A DNA stretch of 64,000 bases from Candidatus Brocadiia bacterium (GTDB taxonomy: Bacteria; Planctomycetota; Brocadiia; CAIUPP01): NCBI GenBank assembly GCA_050015075.1, contig JBEKCB010000015.1:37235-101234 (forward strand), read 5' to 3'. The notes beneath the pieces are model-generated. The model searched no databases and was not told the origin of the DNA. It worked only from the letters and a program-made list of their open reading frames with translations. Made by a program: the position numbers and the translations under genes. Shown here piece by piece: positions 48,542-59,632 of the stretch. Each line of letters opens with the position of its first letter. The stretch's first letter is position 1.

Positions 48542-49504
48542 TCACCAGCAGCGTCGGAGCATCTCCAGCCCGATCCCTTCCTTGGCGCGCGCCAGCTCGA
48601 TTTCCGCCAGGAAGCGCAGGCCATCCTGGTAATACCCGGCCGTCGGGACCAGGCCTGCGACGCGCTCGCGCCAGAAATCGTTGAGCATCTCCATGTGCAG
48701 TTCGCGCGTGTACTTGCTCAGCATCGAGGCCAGCGCCACCGGCAGGTAGAGCGAATCCGCCCGCGCCTCGAACCGGATGCGGACGCGCCGCGCGCCGCTC
48801 GAAACCGCGTACTCCGAACTCAGCGCGCTCTCCTCGACGACCTCGATCCGGTCCTTGGGAAGGACCGCGCGCAGCAGGGCGGAGTATGACTTCCGGCCGC
48901 CTTGCCGGTCCACGAAGAGCGTCAGCCCTTCCGGGCCGAACGCCTCGACGAGCTGCTGCGTCAGCGCGGCCACGCGGCGCGCGAGCGGCACCGCCTTGGA
49001 GCCGTCGCGCCGCACCTCGCGGTTGAACTCGGCCACGTCGAGCGTCTCGACGCGCATATCGCAGAGCGCGGCGCCCGCGGCGGCCAGGCCCGCGCGCAGG
49101 CCGCGGCAACGTTCGGACGCGCGTTCGGCGTTCGCGACACGCGGCAGACCGAGATCGCGTTCGCGATACCAGGGATAGCCGCTGACGTGCGGCAGGCCGG
49201 AATTCCGGCAGTGGCCCGCGAGTTCCCACACGCTCTTCGACTGCGGCCAGAGCAAGTTGAGGAACGGGAGCAGGTTCTCCTCGAGCGCGCGCACGCCGTT
49301 CCCGCCCTTGTGCATCGCCTTGCTGTCGGCCACCTGGACGCGTCCGCTCCGCCGCGCCGCCTGGCGCGTGACGGAGGAGCCGAACCATTCCCAGAGATCG
49401 GCGCGCGCTGCATCGTCCGGCACGCGGAACGCCGTCGCTGAAACCACCAGTGGCCCGAGCAGCGGCCCGTATCCGGCCTCGTCAATCCCCGCGACAACCG
49501 CCAT
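48542..49504 (-). CDS. Ribonuclease HII-like protein
   Basis: GIDEAGYGPLLGPLVV, ADSK, VDRQGGR, VALASMLSKY. Confidence 0.75.
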   Translation of the reverse strand: MAVVAGIDEAGYGPLLGPLVVSATAFRVPDDAARADLWEWFGSSVTRQAARRSGRVQVADSKAMHKGGNGVRALEENLLPFLNLLWPQSKSVWELAGHCRNSGLPHVSGYPWYRERDLGLPRVANAERASERCRGLRAGLAAAGAALCDMRVETLDVAEFNREVRRDGSKAVPLARRVAALTQQLVEAFGPEGLTLFVDRQGGRKSYSALLRAVLPKDRIEVVEESALSSEYAVSSGARRVRIRFEARADSLYLPVALASMLSKYTRELHMEMLNDFWRERVAGLVPTAGYYQDGLRFLAEIELARAKEGIGLEMLRRCW

Positions 49505-49616
49505 CGTGTCTCCTTGGGTGCGCGGGCGGATTATATAGTCCGGCCGGCGGGCGGCACAAGAGGGAACGCCTTACTCGCATCTCCTGCGCCTCTGTGCGGC
49601 AAAACCGCTGTTGTTC

Positions 49617-50831
49617 CTACGAGGGTTTGCGCGAGATTACGCCGAGTTCGGCGCCGACTTTCGCGAGCTTGTCCAGTGCGAAGTCGAGGTCCGCAATCTC
49701 CAGCGCGGCGGAAATCTGGATGCGGATGCGCGCCGCGTCGCGCGGGACGACGGGATAGGAAAAACCGATCACGTAGACGCCTTCCTCGAGCATCCGCGCG
49801 GCCATTCGGGCGGCCAGCCGCGCGTCGCCGAGCATGACCGGGACGATCGGATTCTCGCCGGGCGCAATCGCGAAGCCGATCTGCGCCATGCGCTCGCGGA
49901 AGTGCCGCGTGTTGCGGCGGAGCTTGTCCACGAGCGCCGTCGAGGACTCGACGAGGTCGAGCGCTTTCAGCGACGCCGCCGCGACGCCCGGCGCCAGCGT
50001 GTTCGAGAAAAGGTACGGCCGCGAGCGCTGCCGCAGGAGCGCGACGATTTCCCTTCGCCCGCTCGCATAGCCGCCCGACGCGCCGCCCAGCGCCTTGCCG
50101 AATGTGCCGGTCAGCACGTCCACGCGCCCCATCACGCCGCAATGCTCGTGCGTGCCGCGCCCGGTCTTCCCGAGGACGCCGACCGCGTGCGAGTCGTCCA
50201 CCATCACGAGCGCGTCGTATTTCTCGGCCCGGTCGCAGAGACCGGAGAGGTTCGCGACCGTCCCGTCCATCGAGAACACGCCGTCAGTCGCGATCATCCG
50301 GAACCGCGCGGAGGCGGCCGCCTTCAGTTGCGCTTCGAGATCGCCCATGTCGGAGTTCTTGAAGCGGAACCGCTGCGCCTTGCACAGGCGGATTCCGTCA
50401 ATGATGCTCGCGTGGTTCAACTGGTCGCTGATGACCGCGTCCTCTTCGGAGAGCAGCGCCTCGAAGAGCCCGCCGTTCGCGTCGAAGCAGGAGGAATAGA
50501 GGATCGTGTCCTCCGTGCCGAGGAACCGCGAGACGCGCCGCTCGAGTTCCTTGTGAAGCGCCTGCGTCCCGCAGATGAACCGCACCGACGAGAGCCCGTT
50601 GCCCCATTCGTCGAGCCCGCGCTTTGCCGCGGCGACGATCTCCGGATGTCCGGAAAGCCCGAGATAGTTGTTGGCGCAGAGGTTCAGGACTTTGCGCCCG
50701 CCCTGCAGCGTGATCCATGCGCCCTGCGGCCCCGCGAGAATCCGTTCCTCTTTGTAGAGACCCGACGCCTGGATCTCCGCGAGCGTCTTGTCGAGAAACG
50801 CCTTCATCTTCCCCAGCATATCAGCCCTCAT
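49617..50831 (-). CDS. kbl: Glycine C-acetyltransferase (2-amino-3-ketobutyrate CoA ligase)
   Basis: [39 protein letters not shown]. Confidence 0.96.
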   Translation of the reverse strand: MRADMLGKMKAFLDKTLAEIQASGLYKEERILAGPQGAWITLQGGRKVLNLCANNYLGLSGHPEIVAAAKRGLDEWGNGLSSVRFICGTQALHKELERRVSRFLGTEDTILYSSCFDANGGLFEALLSEEDAVISDQLNHASIIDGIRLCKAQRFRFKNSDMGDLEAQLKAAASARFRMIATDGVFSMDGTVANLSGLCDRAEKYDALVMVDDSHAVGVLGKTGRGTHEHCGVMGRVDVLTGTFGKALGGASGGYASGRREIVALLRQRSRPYLFSNTLAPGVAAASLKALDLVESSTALVDKLRRNTRHFRERMAQIGFAIAPGENPIVPVMLGDARLAARMAARMLEEGVYVIGFSYPVVPRDAARIRIQISAALEIADLDFALDKLAKVGAELGVISRKPS

Positions 50832-51865
50832 TAATCCCACTCGATGACGACCTTGCCGCAATTCCCCGACCGCATGATCTCGAACCCCTTCTGGTATTCC
50901 GCGATGGGGAATTTGTGCGTGAGGACCGGGCGGACGTCCAGCCCACTCTGGAGCATCGAGGTCATCTTGTACCAGGTCTCGAACATCTCGCGGCCGTAAA
51001 TGCCCTTGATGACGAGCGAGCGGAAAATGACGGAGTTCCAGTCAATCGCGCTGTCGCCCGGCTGAATGCCGAGCAGGGCGATCCGGCCGCCGTGGCACAT
51101 GTTGGCGAGCATCGAGCGGAATGCCGATGGGTTGCCGGACATCTCCATGCCGACGTCGAATCCCTCGCGCATGCCGAGCTGTTTCTGCGCATCCTCGACC
51201 GTCTGCGTCCGCGCGTCGAGCGCCAGTGTCACGCCCATCCGGCGCGCGAGGGCGAGGCGGTACGGATTGACGTCGGTCACCACTACGTGCCGCGCGCCGA
51301 CGTGCTTCGCGATCGCCGCAGCCATGAGCCCGATCGGCCCGGCGCCGGTGATCAGCACGTCCTCGCCGACGAGGTCGAACGAAAGGGCGGTGTGCGTCGC
51401 GTTTCCGAGCGGATCGAAGAAGGCCAGGATGTCCATCGGGATCGAAGGGTGCGCGTACCAGACGTTGCTCTGGGGGATGCAGAGGAATTCGGCGAACGCG
51501 CCGTCGCGCTCGATGCCGATCCCGGCCGGATGCGCGCACAGGTGCCGCCGCCCGGCGAGGCAGTTTCGGCAGAGGCCGCAGACGATGTGTCCTTCGCCGC
51601 TGACGACGTCGCCTTTCTTGAAGTCGTGTACATTGCCGCCGACCGCCTCGATCGTCCCGGCGAATTCGTGCCCGATGACGGTGGGAATCCTGACGTGCTT
51701 CTGCGCCCACGGGTCCCAGTTGAAGATGTGCACGTCGGTCCCGCAGATCGCGGTCTTGTGGACCCGGATGAGCACGTCGTTGATCCCCGGCGCCGGAACC
51801 GGGACCTCTTCGATCCAGATCCCCGGCTCCGCGCGGGACTTCACCAGCGCGCGCATGGTTGACAT
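50831..51865 (-). CDS. tdh: L-threonine 3-dehydrogenase
   Basis: [35 protein letters not shown]. Confidence 0.96.
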   Translation of the reverse strand: MSTMRALVKSRAEPGIWIEEVPVPAPGINDVLIRVHKTAICGTDVHIFNWDPWAQKHVRIPTVIGHEFAGTIEAVGGNVHDFKKGDVVSGEGHIVCGLCRNCLAGRRHLCAHPAGIGIERDGAFAEFLCIPQSNVWYAHPSIPMDILAFFDPLGNATHTALSFDLVGEDVLITGAGPIGLMAAAIAKHVGARHVVVTDVNPYRLALARRMGVTLALDARTQTVEDAQKQLGMREGFDVGMEMSGNPSAFRSMLANMCHGGRIALLGIQPGDSAIDWNSVIFRSLVIKGIYGREMFETWYKMTSMLQSGLDVRPVLTHKFPIAEYQKGFEIMRSGNCGKVVIEWD

Positions 51866-51893
51866 GTTTCAGTGCACTCGGCTGCTGGCCTGG

Positions 51894-52520
51894 TCATCGG
51901 GCGAGTATTCGGACACGGCGTCCTTCGATGCGCAGGCGGCCCTCCGCGAACAACTGGATCGCCTCCGGATACGCCTCGCACTCCTGCTGGAAAACGCGGT
52001 CGGCCAGGCTGTTCGGCGTGTCGTCGTCCTGCACCGGCACGGGCTTCTGGAGGATGATCGGGCCGTGATCGTATTCGTTATCGGCGAAATGCACCGTGCA
52101 GCCGGTGATCTTGCAGCCGGATTCGATCACGGCCTCGTGCACGAAGTGGCCGTACATTGCTTTCCCGCAGAATGCCGGTATGAGCGCGGGATGGATGTTC
52201 ATTGCGCGGCCGATGAATTTGTCCGGTATGGCGACCAGGCACATGAACCCGGCCAGCGTGATCAGGTCCACCGGCCATTTGTCCAACTCCGCTTCGAGCG
52301 TTCGACCCAGGGTCTTGAAACCGGGATGTTTGCGCGACGAGATGATGACCGACGGAATGCCGTTCTGCCGCGCGCGTTCGAGTCCGTACGCGTCGGCGCG
52401 GCTGCTGATGACCACGCTGATCCGCGCGTCCAGCGTCCCCGCTCGGATGCGGTCAATGAAGTTCTGCAGCGTCCGCCCGCTGCCGGAAAGCAGCACGGCC
52501 AGGTTGATCGGCGTCGCCAT
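51894..52520 (-). CDS. purN: Phosphoribosylglycinamide formyltransferase
   Basis: SGSGRTLQ, LAGFM, NIHPALIP, GCTVHF, DHGPII. Confidence 0.94.
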   Translation of the reverse strand: MATPINLAVLLSGSGRTLQNFIDRIRAGTLDARISVVISSRADAYGLERARQNGIPSVIISSRKHPGFKTLGRTLEAELDKWPVDLITLAGFMCLVAIPDKFIGRAMNIHPALIPAFCGKAMYGHFVHEAVIESGCKITGCTVHFADNEYDHGPIILQKPVPVQDDDTPNSLADRVFQQECEAYPEAIQLFAEGRLRIEGRRVRILAR

Positions 52521-52620
52521 ATCACGACCTTGATCAAAACGGGAGACGTCAACTGTATTCGATTCCGAGTCTAGCAAAGGTCGAGACGCAGCGTCAATGG
52601 AAATGCGACCCGGCCGCATG

Positions 52621-52649
52621 TTGACGCGGGCCGCGCCGCCCGATAGGAT
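52621..52649 (+). promoter_or_regulatory. sigma70-type promoter of purE-pyrC
   Basis: TTGACG-17-TAGGAT. Confidence 0.5.
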
Positions 52650-52694
52650 AGGCGCGGCTTTGTTCACGGAGCGAATGACAGGCGAGGGCCGGAA

Positions 52695-53213
52695 ATGACC
52701 AGGAAAAAGCCGGTCGTGGCGGTGGTGCTGGGCAGCGATTCGGACTGGCCGGTGATGAAAGAAACGGTGGCGCTGCTGAACAAGCTGAAAGTGCCGAGCG
52801 AGGTGCGGGTGATCTCGGCGCACCGGACGCCCGACGAGGCGGCGGCGTTCGCGCGCGGGGCCGAGCGGTCGGGCATCCGCGTGATCATCGCGGCGGCCGG
52901 CGGCGCGGCGCACCTGGCCGGCGTGCTCGCCTCGCATGTCACGCTGCCGGTCATCGGCGTGCCGCTCGAAGGTTGGGCGCTCGGCGGGCTCGATGCGCTG
53001 CTCTCGACGGTGCAGATGCCGGCGGGAGTTCCGGTGGCCACGGTCGCGATCGGCAAAGCCGGCGCGCGCAACGCGGCGATTCTTGCGGCGCAGATCCTGG
53101 CGCTGGGCGACGCCGCGCTCGCCGCACGACTGCGCTCGATGCGGATCGAGGCCAGGGATGCCGTCGCGTCCAAGGACAAGGCGATCCGCGGCGAGGCCGC
53201 GCGCGGAAAGTAG
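52695..53213 (+). CDS. purE: N5-CAIR mutase
   Basis: GSDSD, SAHRTP, AGGAAHL, STVQMPAGVPVATV. Confidence 0.96.
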   Translation: MTRKKPVVAVVLGSDSDWPVMKETVALLNKLKVPSEVRVISAHRTPDEAAAFARGAERSGIRVIIAAAGGAAHLAGVLASHVTLPVIGVPLEGWALGGLDALLSTVQMPAGVPVATVAIGKAGARNAAILAAQILALGDAALAARLRSMRIEARDAVASKDKAIRGEAARGK

Positions 53214-53284
53214 ATGGTCCGGCGGCGAACGACGGACACCGCATTTTGAATATCGAAGTTTCCGGGGACGACAGGCGACGATCC

Positions 53285-54568
53285 ATGTCCACATTGCTCA
53301 TCCGCAACGGGCGCGTGATTGATCCGGCTCGATACCTGGACGAGGTGCGCGATGTCTGGATCGTGGACGGCCGTTTCGCGGCGGAAGGGCTGCAGCCGGC
53401 GCGCGCCGATGAGACGCTCGACGCGACCGGGCTGCTCGTGATGCCGGGGCTGGTGGACGTGCACGTCCATCTGCGCGAGCCCGGGAACGAAGCGGCCGAG
53501 ACGTTGGAGACGGGCTGCGCCGCCGCGCTGGCAGGCGGATATACCTCAATCATCTGCATGCCGAACACTACGCCAGCGCTCGACACGCCGGAGCGCCTGC
53601 GGACGGTGCTGGGCAAGGCGGCCGCGCTGCGCGGACCGCATGTCTACGCGCTGGCCGCAATCACCGTCGGCCGGAAGGGCAAGGCGCTGGTGGACTTCGC
53701 CGCGCTCAAGGAGGCCGGCGCGTTCGGCTTCACCGACGACGGGAATGGCGTTCAGGACGCGGACCTTATCCGTTCGGCGATGGAGCAGTGCGCGGCGCTG
53801 GGAGAGCGCATCGCGGAGCATTGCGAGGTCGCGTCGCGCGCCGCCGGCGGCGTGATGCACCTCGGCGCGGCCTCCGAGCGCGCGAAGCTGCCCGGAATCC
53901 CGGCCGAGGCGGAATCGGAAATGGTCGAGCGCGACGTGCTCCTCTGCGAGCAGACCGGCGCGGCGCTCCACCTCCAGCACATCAGCGGCGCGCTTTCGAT
54001 GAATGTCCTGCGCGACGCCAGGGCGCGGGGCGTGGACGTCACCGCCGAGGTCACGCCTCATCACCTGGTGCTGACGGACGAGCACGCGGCGGACGGCGGG
54101 GCGGACTTCAAGATGAACCCGCCACTGCGGTCCGAACGCGACCGGCGCGAGCTGCTCCGCGGCGTGAGCGACGGCATTCTGGGCATCATTGCCACCGACC
54201 ACGCGCCTCACACGAAGGAGGCGAAGGCCGCCGGCTTCCGCACCGCGCCTTTCGGCGTGATCGGCATGGAGACCGCCGCGGCGGTGATCTGGACGCATTT
54301 GGTGCTCGAGGGGTTCCTGAGCCCCGAACAGATGGTCGAGCGCATGAGCACCGCGCCCGCCGAGGCTTTCGGGCTCAAGGCCGGAACCATGCGCCCGGGC
54401 CGGCCCGGCGACGTGACGCTGTTCGATCCGTCGGCGACGTGGACCGTGGACCCGGAGAATTTCCGCTCGCGCAGCCGCAACTGCCCGTTCGCCGGGCAGA
54501 GGTTGCAGGGGCGCGTCGCCGCGACGATCGTGAATGGAGAGGTGCGCTGCCGTGACGCTGTTCATTGA
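53285..54568 (+). CDS. pyrC: Dihydroorotase (type I)
   Basis: DVHVHLREPG, CMPNT, EVTPHH, KMNPPLR, ATDHAPH. Confidence 0.94.
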   Translation: MSTLLIRNGRVIDPARYLDEVRDVWIVDGRFAAEGLQPARADETLDATGLLVMPGLVDVHVHLREPGNEAAETLETGCAAALAGGYTSIICMPNTTPALDTPERLRTVLGKAAALRGPHVYALAAITVGRKGKALVDFAALKEAGAFGFTDDGNGVQDADLIRSAMEQCAALGERIAEHCEVASRAAGGVMHLGAASERAKLPGIPAEAESEMVERDVLLCEQTGAALHLQHISGALSMNVLRDARARGVDVTAEVTPHHLVLTDEHAADGGADFKMNPPLRSERDRRELLRGVSDGILGIIATDHAPHTKEAKAAGFRTAPFGVIGMETAAAVIWTHLVLEGFLSPEQMVERMSTAPAEAFGLKAGTMRPGRPGDVTLFDPSATWTVDPENFRSRSRNCPFAGQRLQGRVAATIVNGEVRCRDAVH

Positions 54569-55076
54569 CGGCTACAACGTGATCTTCGCCGCCTCGCGCA
54601 AGCTGCCCGGCTTCGACATGAAGCAGACGGAGGCGGCGCGCGAGGCGCTGCTGGCGCTGCTGGCGAAATTCCGCTCGGTCCGGTCGGACCGGGTGGTGGT
54701 CTTCTTCGACGGCGGCCCGGAGGCGGCGCGCCTGCCGCGGCGGCAGATGGCGCGCGGGATGGAAGTCATTTTCTCGGAGGCGCAGTCCGACGCCGATTCG
54801 GACATCAAGGCGGCGATCTCGCACGAGGCGAATCCGCGCGCGGTCGTGGTGGTCACTTCCGACGCCGCCATCCGCCGCTTTGTCATGCGCTACGGCGCGA
54901 CCGTGACCGAAGCGACGGCGTTCCTCGATGAGGTCGAGGCCGCGCTGAAGGAAAGCTCCATTCCCCGCGACGAGCCGATCGAGAAGTACGAAGGCACCGC
55001 CGGCGACGACGCGGCCTACTGGCTGCGCGTGTTCGGCGATTCCGAGCCGAAAGACGGGCGCGGCGGAGACGGATAA
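54552..55076 (+). CDS. NYN-domain (YacP/Rae1-like) ribonuclease
   Basis: IDGYNVI, VFFDG, ADSDI, VVTSD. Confidence 0.85.
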   Translation: MTLFIDGYNVIFAASRKLPGFDMKQTEAAREALLALLAKFRSVRSDRVVVFFDGGPEAARLPRRQMARGMEVIFSEAQSDADSDIKAAISHEANPRAVVVVTSDAAIRRFVMRYGATVTEATAFLDEVEAALKESSIPRDEPIEKYEGTAGDDAAYWLRVFGDSEPKDGRGGDG

Positions 55077-55079
55077 GCC

Positions 55080-55142
55080 TGAAGGCGGAAGAGGGATGGA
55101 GCGACGGTGTCTCCATCTTTCCGCCTTCATCCTTCCTTTTTC
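55080..55142 (+). terminator. Long hairpin with pyrimidine tail (terminator and/or 7-bp-unit repeat element)
   Basis: TGAAGGCGGAA..GATGGAG / CTCCATC..TTCCGCCTTCA followed by TCCTTCCTTTTTC. Confidence 0.55.
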
Positions 55143-55153
55143 AAGGCGATACT

Positions 55154-55969
55154 TTGCTCGGCAAAATCCTGACCGTCGTCATCACGCTCTTCTGGATGGC
55201 GATGATGACGCTCCTGGCCAAGTGGGACGTGCTGCCGGCGTACCTCGCCGAGCGCGAGGCCGCCCGCGCGCCGAACTACGCCTATCTCGAAGCGCTCGCC
55301 GCGAAGCCGCGCGTCGAGCAGATGGGCATCTACCTCGGCGGCACGCGCATCGGCCAGACCGTCAGCGGCATGTCAAAGATGGGCGATGAGCTTCGCTTGA
55401 CCAATCACACCGACCTCGCACTGAACTCCCTCGCCGCGCAACTCCTGATGATGGGCGGCGGCGGAGCCCATTTCTCCATCAAGTTCGAGGCCACCATCGT
55501 CGAGGCGCGGCTGGCCGGTTTCCGTATGGAGGCATTTTCGCAGTCGCGGTCCGAGCCGCTGGTCATCGTGGACGGCCTCGCGGCCGAAGACACGCTGAGA
55601 CTGAAGATCCGGCAGGGCAACCGTGCGCAAAGCATGTCGGTGCCGTTCGACCCGCGCCAGGTCCTGTCGGGCCTTTTCGCGCCGACCTCCATGCCGGCCA
55701 AACTGCGCGTCGGCGAAAGCTGGCCGGTCAATACCCTCGGCCTGGGCAGCTACGGCATCCAGAACGGCACGGCCACCGTCCTCCGCACCGAGCGGATCGA
55801 GACGGAAGGCGTCGCGCAGAACGTCTTCGTGATCGGCATTAAATACGGGACCTACGAGACGACGGTCTGGGCGAACAGCGAGGGCGAGGTGCTCCAGCAG
55901 AAATTCCTCGGCTTCACGCTCGTGCGCGAGAAGCCCTCGGCGGAAACGGAGCGCGGCGACAAACCATGA
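55154..55969 (+). CDS. Hypothetical membrane-anchored protein of an ABC transporter operon
   Basis: N-terminal TM helix; ATGA overlap with the ABC ATPase. Confidence 0.75.
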   Translation: MLGKILTVVITLFWMAMMTLLAKWDVLPAYLAEREAARAPNYAYLEALAAKPRVEQMGIYLGGTRIGQTVSGMSKMGDELRLTNHTDLALNSLAAQLLMMGGGGAHFSIKFEATIVEARLAGFRMEAFSQSRSEPLVIVDGLAAEDTLRLKIRQGNRAQSMSVPFDPRQVLSGLFAPTSMPAKLRVGESWPVNTLGLGSYGIQNGTATVLRTERIETEGVAQNVFVIGIKYGTYETTVWANSEGEVLQQKFLGFTLVREKPSAETERGDKP

Positions 55970-56691
55970 TCGAGATCGAGAACATCACCAAGCGTTTCGG
56001 CGAGAAGGTCGCGGTGGACCACCTGAGCCTGACGGTGCAGAGCGGCGAGTTTTTCGCTTTCGTCGGCCCCAACGGCGCGGGGAAGACCACGACGATCAAG
56101 ATGATCGTGGGACTGCTGCACGCCGACGAAGGGACCGTGCGGATATGCGGGCTGGACATCCAGAAAAATGCCGCCGCCGCGAAGGCGCTGCTCAGCCACA
56201 TCCCGGACCAGCCGTATCTCTACGACAAATTGACCGGCCGCGAGTTCCTGGAGTTCGTGGCGCGGATGCACCGGATCGAGCCGGCGCAGGCGCGGCGCAA
56301 GATCGAGGAACTTTCCGACTTGCTCTCTCTGAGCGACTATCTCGACGACCTGGCCGAAGGATATTCGCACGGCATGAAGCAGCGCGTGGTCATCGCCTCC
56401 GCGATCGTGCACGATCCGAAGGTGATCGTCGTGGACGAGCCGATGGTGGGGCTCGATCCGCGCAGCGTGCGCGTGGTGAAGGATCTGCTGCACGGCCTGT
56501 CGCGGGCCGGTGCGACGATCTTCATGAGCACTCACACGCTCAACGTGGCCGAGGAACTGGCCGGGCGCGTCGGGATCATTGATAGCGGGCGGATGGTCGC
56601 CGTCGGGACGCTCGACGAATTGCGGCGCGCCTCGGGCGGCGCGAAGGGGCTGGAAGAGTCTTTCCTGCGCCTGACGGCCGGGGAGGAATGA
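55966..56691 (+). CDS. ABC-2 type ATP-binding protein
   Basis: GPNGAGKTT, YSHGMKQR, VVDEP, STH. Confidence 0.94.
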   Translation: MIEIENITKRFGEKVAVDHLSLTVQSGEFFAFVGPNGAGKTTTIKMIVGLLHADEGTVRICGLDIQKNAAAAKALLSHIPDQPYLYDKLTGREFLEFVARMHRIEPAQARRKIEELSDLLSLSDYLDDLAEGYSHGMKQRVVIASAIVHDPKVIVVDEPMVGLDPRSVRVVKDLLHGLSRAGATIFMSTHTLNVAEELAGRVGIIDSGRMVAVGTLDELRRASGGAKGLEESFLRLTAGEE

Positions 56692-58385
56692 CCGTGGCGG
56701 CGCGCCTGACCACGCTGGCCTGGGTCCGTGCGAAGACGCTTCAGAACAGCCTGCGCGTCCTCCGGCAGCAATCGAAACTGAAAATCTTCGTGATCCTGTT
56801 CTTTGTGATGGTGCTCTGGGGCGGGCTGTTCTTCGTTTTTCACGACGGGTTCCGTTCTCTCGGCACGCCGCCGCTGGAGGATTTCAGCGACACCATCGTG
56901 CAGATCCTGTTCGCGGTGTTTTTCCTGTCGCTCTTCATCATGCTCACCTTCAGCAATGCGATCATCGCGTATGGGTCGCTCTTCCGGTCCGAGGAAACCG
57001 CTTTCCTCTTCGCGCGCCCGTTCTTCCCGTGGCAGGTCTTCGCCTACAAAGTCTCCGAGACGCTGCTCTTCAGTTCGTGGGCGTTCCTCTTCCTCGCGTT
57101 GCCGCTGATCGTGGCGTACGGGGTGAGCGGGCGGTCGCCGTGGTACTTCTATCCGGGCGCGGCGGCGTTCTTCGCAGTGTTCGCGATGATCCCGGCGGCG
57201 GCGGGCGGCGGCGCGACGCTGCTCATCGCGCGGTTCCTGCCGCGCTCGATGCGGAAAGTGCTGGTGCTCCTGCTGGCGATCGTCGCCGTGCCGGTGGCGA
57301 TCGGGTGGGCGGCGGAGTTCCTTCGCTTCCATGAGGCCGGCGGGCGCTACGCGGCCGAGCGGTGGATCCGCGACGTGCTGGGCCGGCTCAGCCTGAGCAC
57401 CTCGCCGCTGCTGCCGAGTTTCTGGATCGGGGACGGCATTATCCAATTGAAGCGAGGCGAGCTGGGCGCGGCGCTCTTCCGATTTCTGCTGCTGCTGAGC
57501 ACGGCGCTTTTCTCGGCGATGGTCGCCCTGCACCTGAGCCGGTGGTTCTACCGTGCGGCGTATTACCGCGCGCAATTCCGGGCGAGGAAACGCCGCGGAC
57601 ACTGGGCCGGCGGGTTCTACCGACTGATGGAACGCACGCTGCCGGGAATGGATCCCGAGCTGCGCCTGCTGGTGGTAAAGGACGTGAAGATCTTCGTGCG
57701 GGACCCGGTCCAGTGGTCGCAGGTGCTGATTTTTTTCGGCCTGCTGAGCATCTACTTCGCCAACATGCGCAACATGCACTATGACTTGAACCTGCCATAC
57801 TGGCAGAACTTCATCAGCGTGCTGAATCTCGTCGCGACCTGCCTGACGCTGAGCACATTCACGAGCCGGTTCATCTTTCCGCTGCTGAGCCTGGAAGGGC
57901 GGAAGTTCTGGATCCTCGGCCTGCTGCCGATCGAGCGGAAGAACCTGCTGTACAGCAAGTTCTGGTTCGCGTTCGTCGGATCGTTCGTGATCAGCGAGGC
58001 GCTGATGGGCCTGAGCGACCTGATCCTGCGCGAGCCGGCGCCGGTGGCGGTGCTGCATGCGATTGCGGTGCTGATCATCTCCACCGGGTTGTCCGCGCTG
58101 GCGGTGGGCATCGGCGCGCTCTATCCGAACCTGCGCGAGGACAACCCGTCGAAGATCGTCAGCGGTTTCGGCGGCACGCTCAACCTGGTGCTGAGCGTGG
58201 CCTTCGTGGCCCTCGTCATCGTGCTGATGGTGGTGCCGTACCACCTCAGCCGAATGCGCCCCGAGGCGGAGTTCCTGCAGCGGCTGGCGCTGCCGGGCAT
58301 GCTGCTCGCCGTGGCCGTCGGGGTGGTCGCGGTGATCGTGCCGCTGTGGCTGGGCGTGCGGGCGTTCGAGCGGCTGGAGGCGTGA
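56688..58385 (+). CDS. Putative ABC transporter permease
   Basis: About 12 TM helices; KDVKIFVRDPVQWSQ, SLEGRKFW; coupled to the ATPase. Confidence 0.85.
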   Translation: MTVAARLTTLAWVRAKTLQNSLRVLRQQSKLKIFVILFFVMVLWGGLFFVFHDGFRSLGTPPLEDFSDTIVQILFAVFFLSLFIMLTFSNAIIAYGSLFRSEETAFLFARPFFPWQVFAYKVSETLLFSSWAFLFLALPLIVAYGVSGRSPWYFYPGAAAFFAVFAMIPAAAGGGATLLIARFLPRSMRKVLVLLLAIVAVPVAIGWAAEFLRFHEAGGRYAAERWIRDVLGRLSLSTSPLLPSFWIGDGIIQLKRGELGAALFRFLLLLSTALFSAMVALHLSRWFYRAAYYRAQFRARKRRGHWAGGFYRLMERTLPGMDPELRLLVVKDVKIFVRDPVQWSQVLIFFGLLSIYFANMRNMHYDLNLPYWQNFISVLNLVATCLTLSTFTSRFIFPLLSLEGRKFWILGLLPIERKNLLYSKFWFAFVGSFVISEALMGLSDLILREPAPVAVLHAIAVLIISTGLSALAVGIGALYPNLREDNPSKIVSGFGGTLNLVLSVAFVALVIVLMVVPYHLSRMRPEAEFLQRLALPGMLLAVAVGVVAVIVPLWLGVRAFERLEA

Positions 58386-58420
58386 CGGCGGCCGAGGGTC
58401 CTGAAGCGACTGAACCGGCC

Positions 58421-59488
58421 TCAGTCATGCACCGCTTCCAGAAGATACAGGCCGACCGCGCCGAAGAGGACGATGGGCAGCCAGGCGGCGACCTCCGGCG
58501 GAAGCCGGCCGTGCTGGCCGAGGTCCATCGAGATGTGCTGGACGGTGTAAAAGATGATGCAGATCACCACGCAGATGCCGATGCCCAGCATGCGGCTGCG
58601 CTGGATTTTCTCATGCCCGATCACGAACGGCACCCCCAGCGCGATCAGGACCAGCCCGGTGAACGGGTACGTGAGCCGCGCGGCATAGAAGAGCCGCAGG
58701 CTGGCCATGCGTTGAGCGTCCGCGGTCTCCGGGTGAGCGATCTCGTGGTGGAGGACCGAGAGCGGACGATCCTCCATCGGCAGGAGCGCCGTTTCCAGGT
58801 CGCGCGGCTTCAGGCTCGTGCGCCAGAGGCGTTCGCGCACCGCGGGGCCTTCGCCCTTGACGTCGTAGAGCAGCCAACCGTCACGGACCGGCGCCGCGCG
58901 CCCGGCGGTGAAGGAGATCGTCGCGCCGCCCGGCAGGGTCTGGAGGACCCAGAGCTTCGTCACGCGATGCCGGGCCGCGTCGTAGTACAGCGTGAACCTT
59001 GTCTGTTCCTTCTCGATTTCGTCCACGACGAGCTCGTCCTCGTGGCTGCTTTTCTCGCTGCCGGTCCAAGCCTCGACTTCCGGCGCGGCCATTTGCTCAA
59101 CCCGCGGGACGATGAGCTCTCGGTTGCCCACGGCCACGAGCGCCGCCAGGGCGGCCATGGCGTAGATCGGGCTGAGGATCCGCCAGTAGCTCAGGCCGCT
59201 GGCCCGCATGGCGTTGATCTCGTTCTGGGCGGTCAACTGCGACAGGCCGAAGGCGGCGCCGATGAGCGAGGCGACCGGTATGACCGGCGCGAGAAAGTAC
59301 GGGATGCGCAGCGCGTAGATCTGCGCGATGCGCGAGAGCGCCTCGACGATGCTGCTCGCCTGCCGCAGGTATTTGGGCAGGCTGTCAAACGCGTCGGCGA
59401 CGATGTAGAGTCCCGTGATGACCAAAGCGGTCACCAGGAACGGCTCGATGAAACTGCGCGCCAGGTATCGGTCGAGCTTTCCAAACAC
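58421..59488 (-). CDS. LptF/LptG family permease
   Basis: KLDRYL, NEINAMRASGLS, C-terminal AAWLP; TTGACA-18-TATCAT upstream (59552-59581, minus strand). Confidence 0.88.
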   Translation of the reverse strand: MFGKLDRYLARSFIEPFLVTALVITGLYIVADAFDSLPKYLRQASSIVEALSRIAQIYALRIPYFLAPVIPVASLIGAAFGLSQLTAQNEINAMRASGLSYWRILSPIYAMAALAALVAVGNRELIVPRVEQMAAPEVEAWTGSEKSSHEDELVVDEIEKEQTRFTLYYDAARHRVTKLWVLQTLPGGATISFTAGRAAPVRDGWLLYDVKGEGPAVRERLWRTSLKPRDLETALLPMEDRPLSVLHHEIAHPETADAQRMASLRLFYAARLTYPFTGLVLIALGVPFVIGHEKIQRSRMLGIGICVVICIIFYTVQHISMDLGQHGRLPPEVAAWLPIVLFGAVGLYLLEAVHD

Positions 59489-59632
59489 GAATGCGGCCTC
59501 CGGACGCCGGCTTGCGCGAGCCATCCCGTGCGTGTATCATCCGAAGCGCCCATGATAGCGCCGTGTTTCGTCCGGTGTCAACGATCAGGTTGAGTGCATT
59601 CTGCGCTCTGCGCTCCGAAAATGGAGGTCCCC

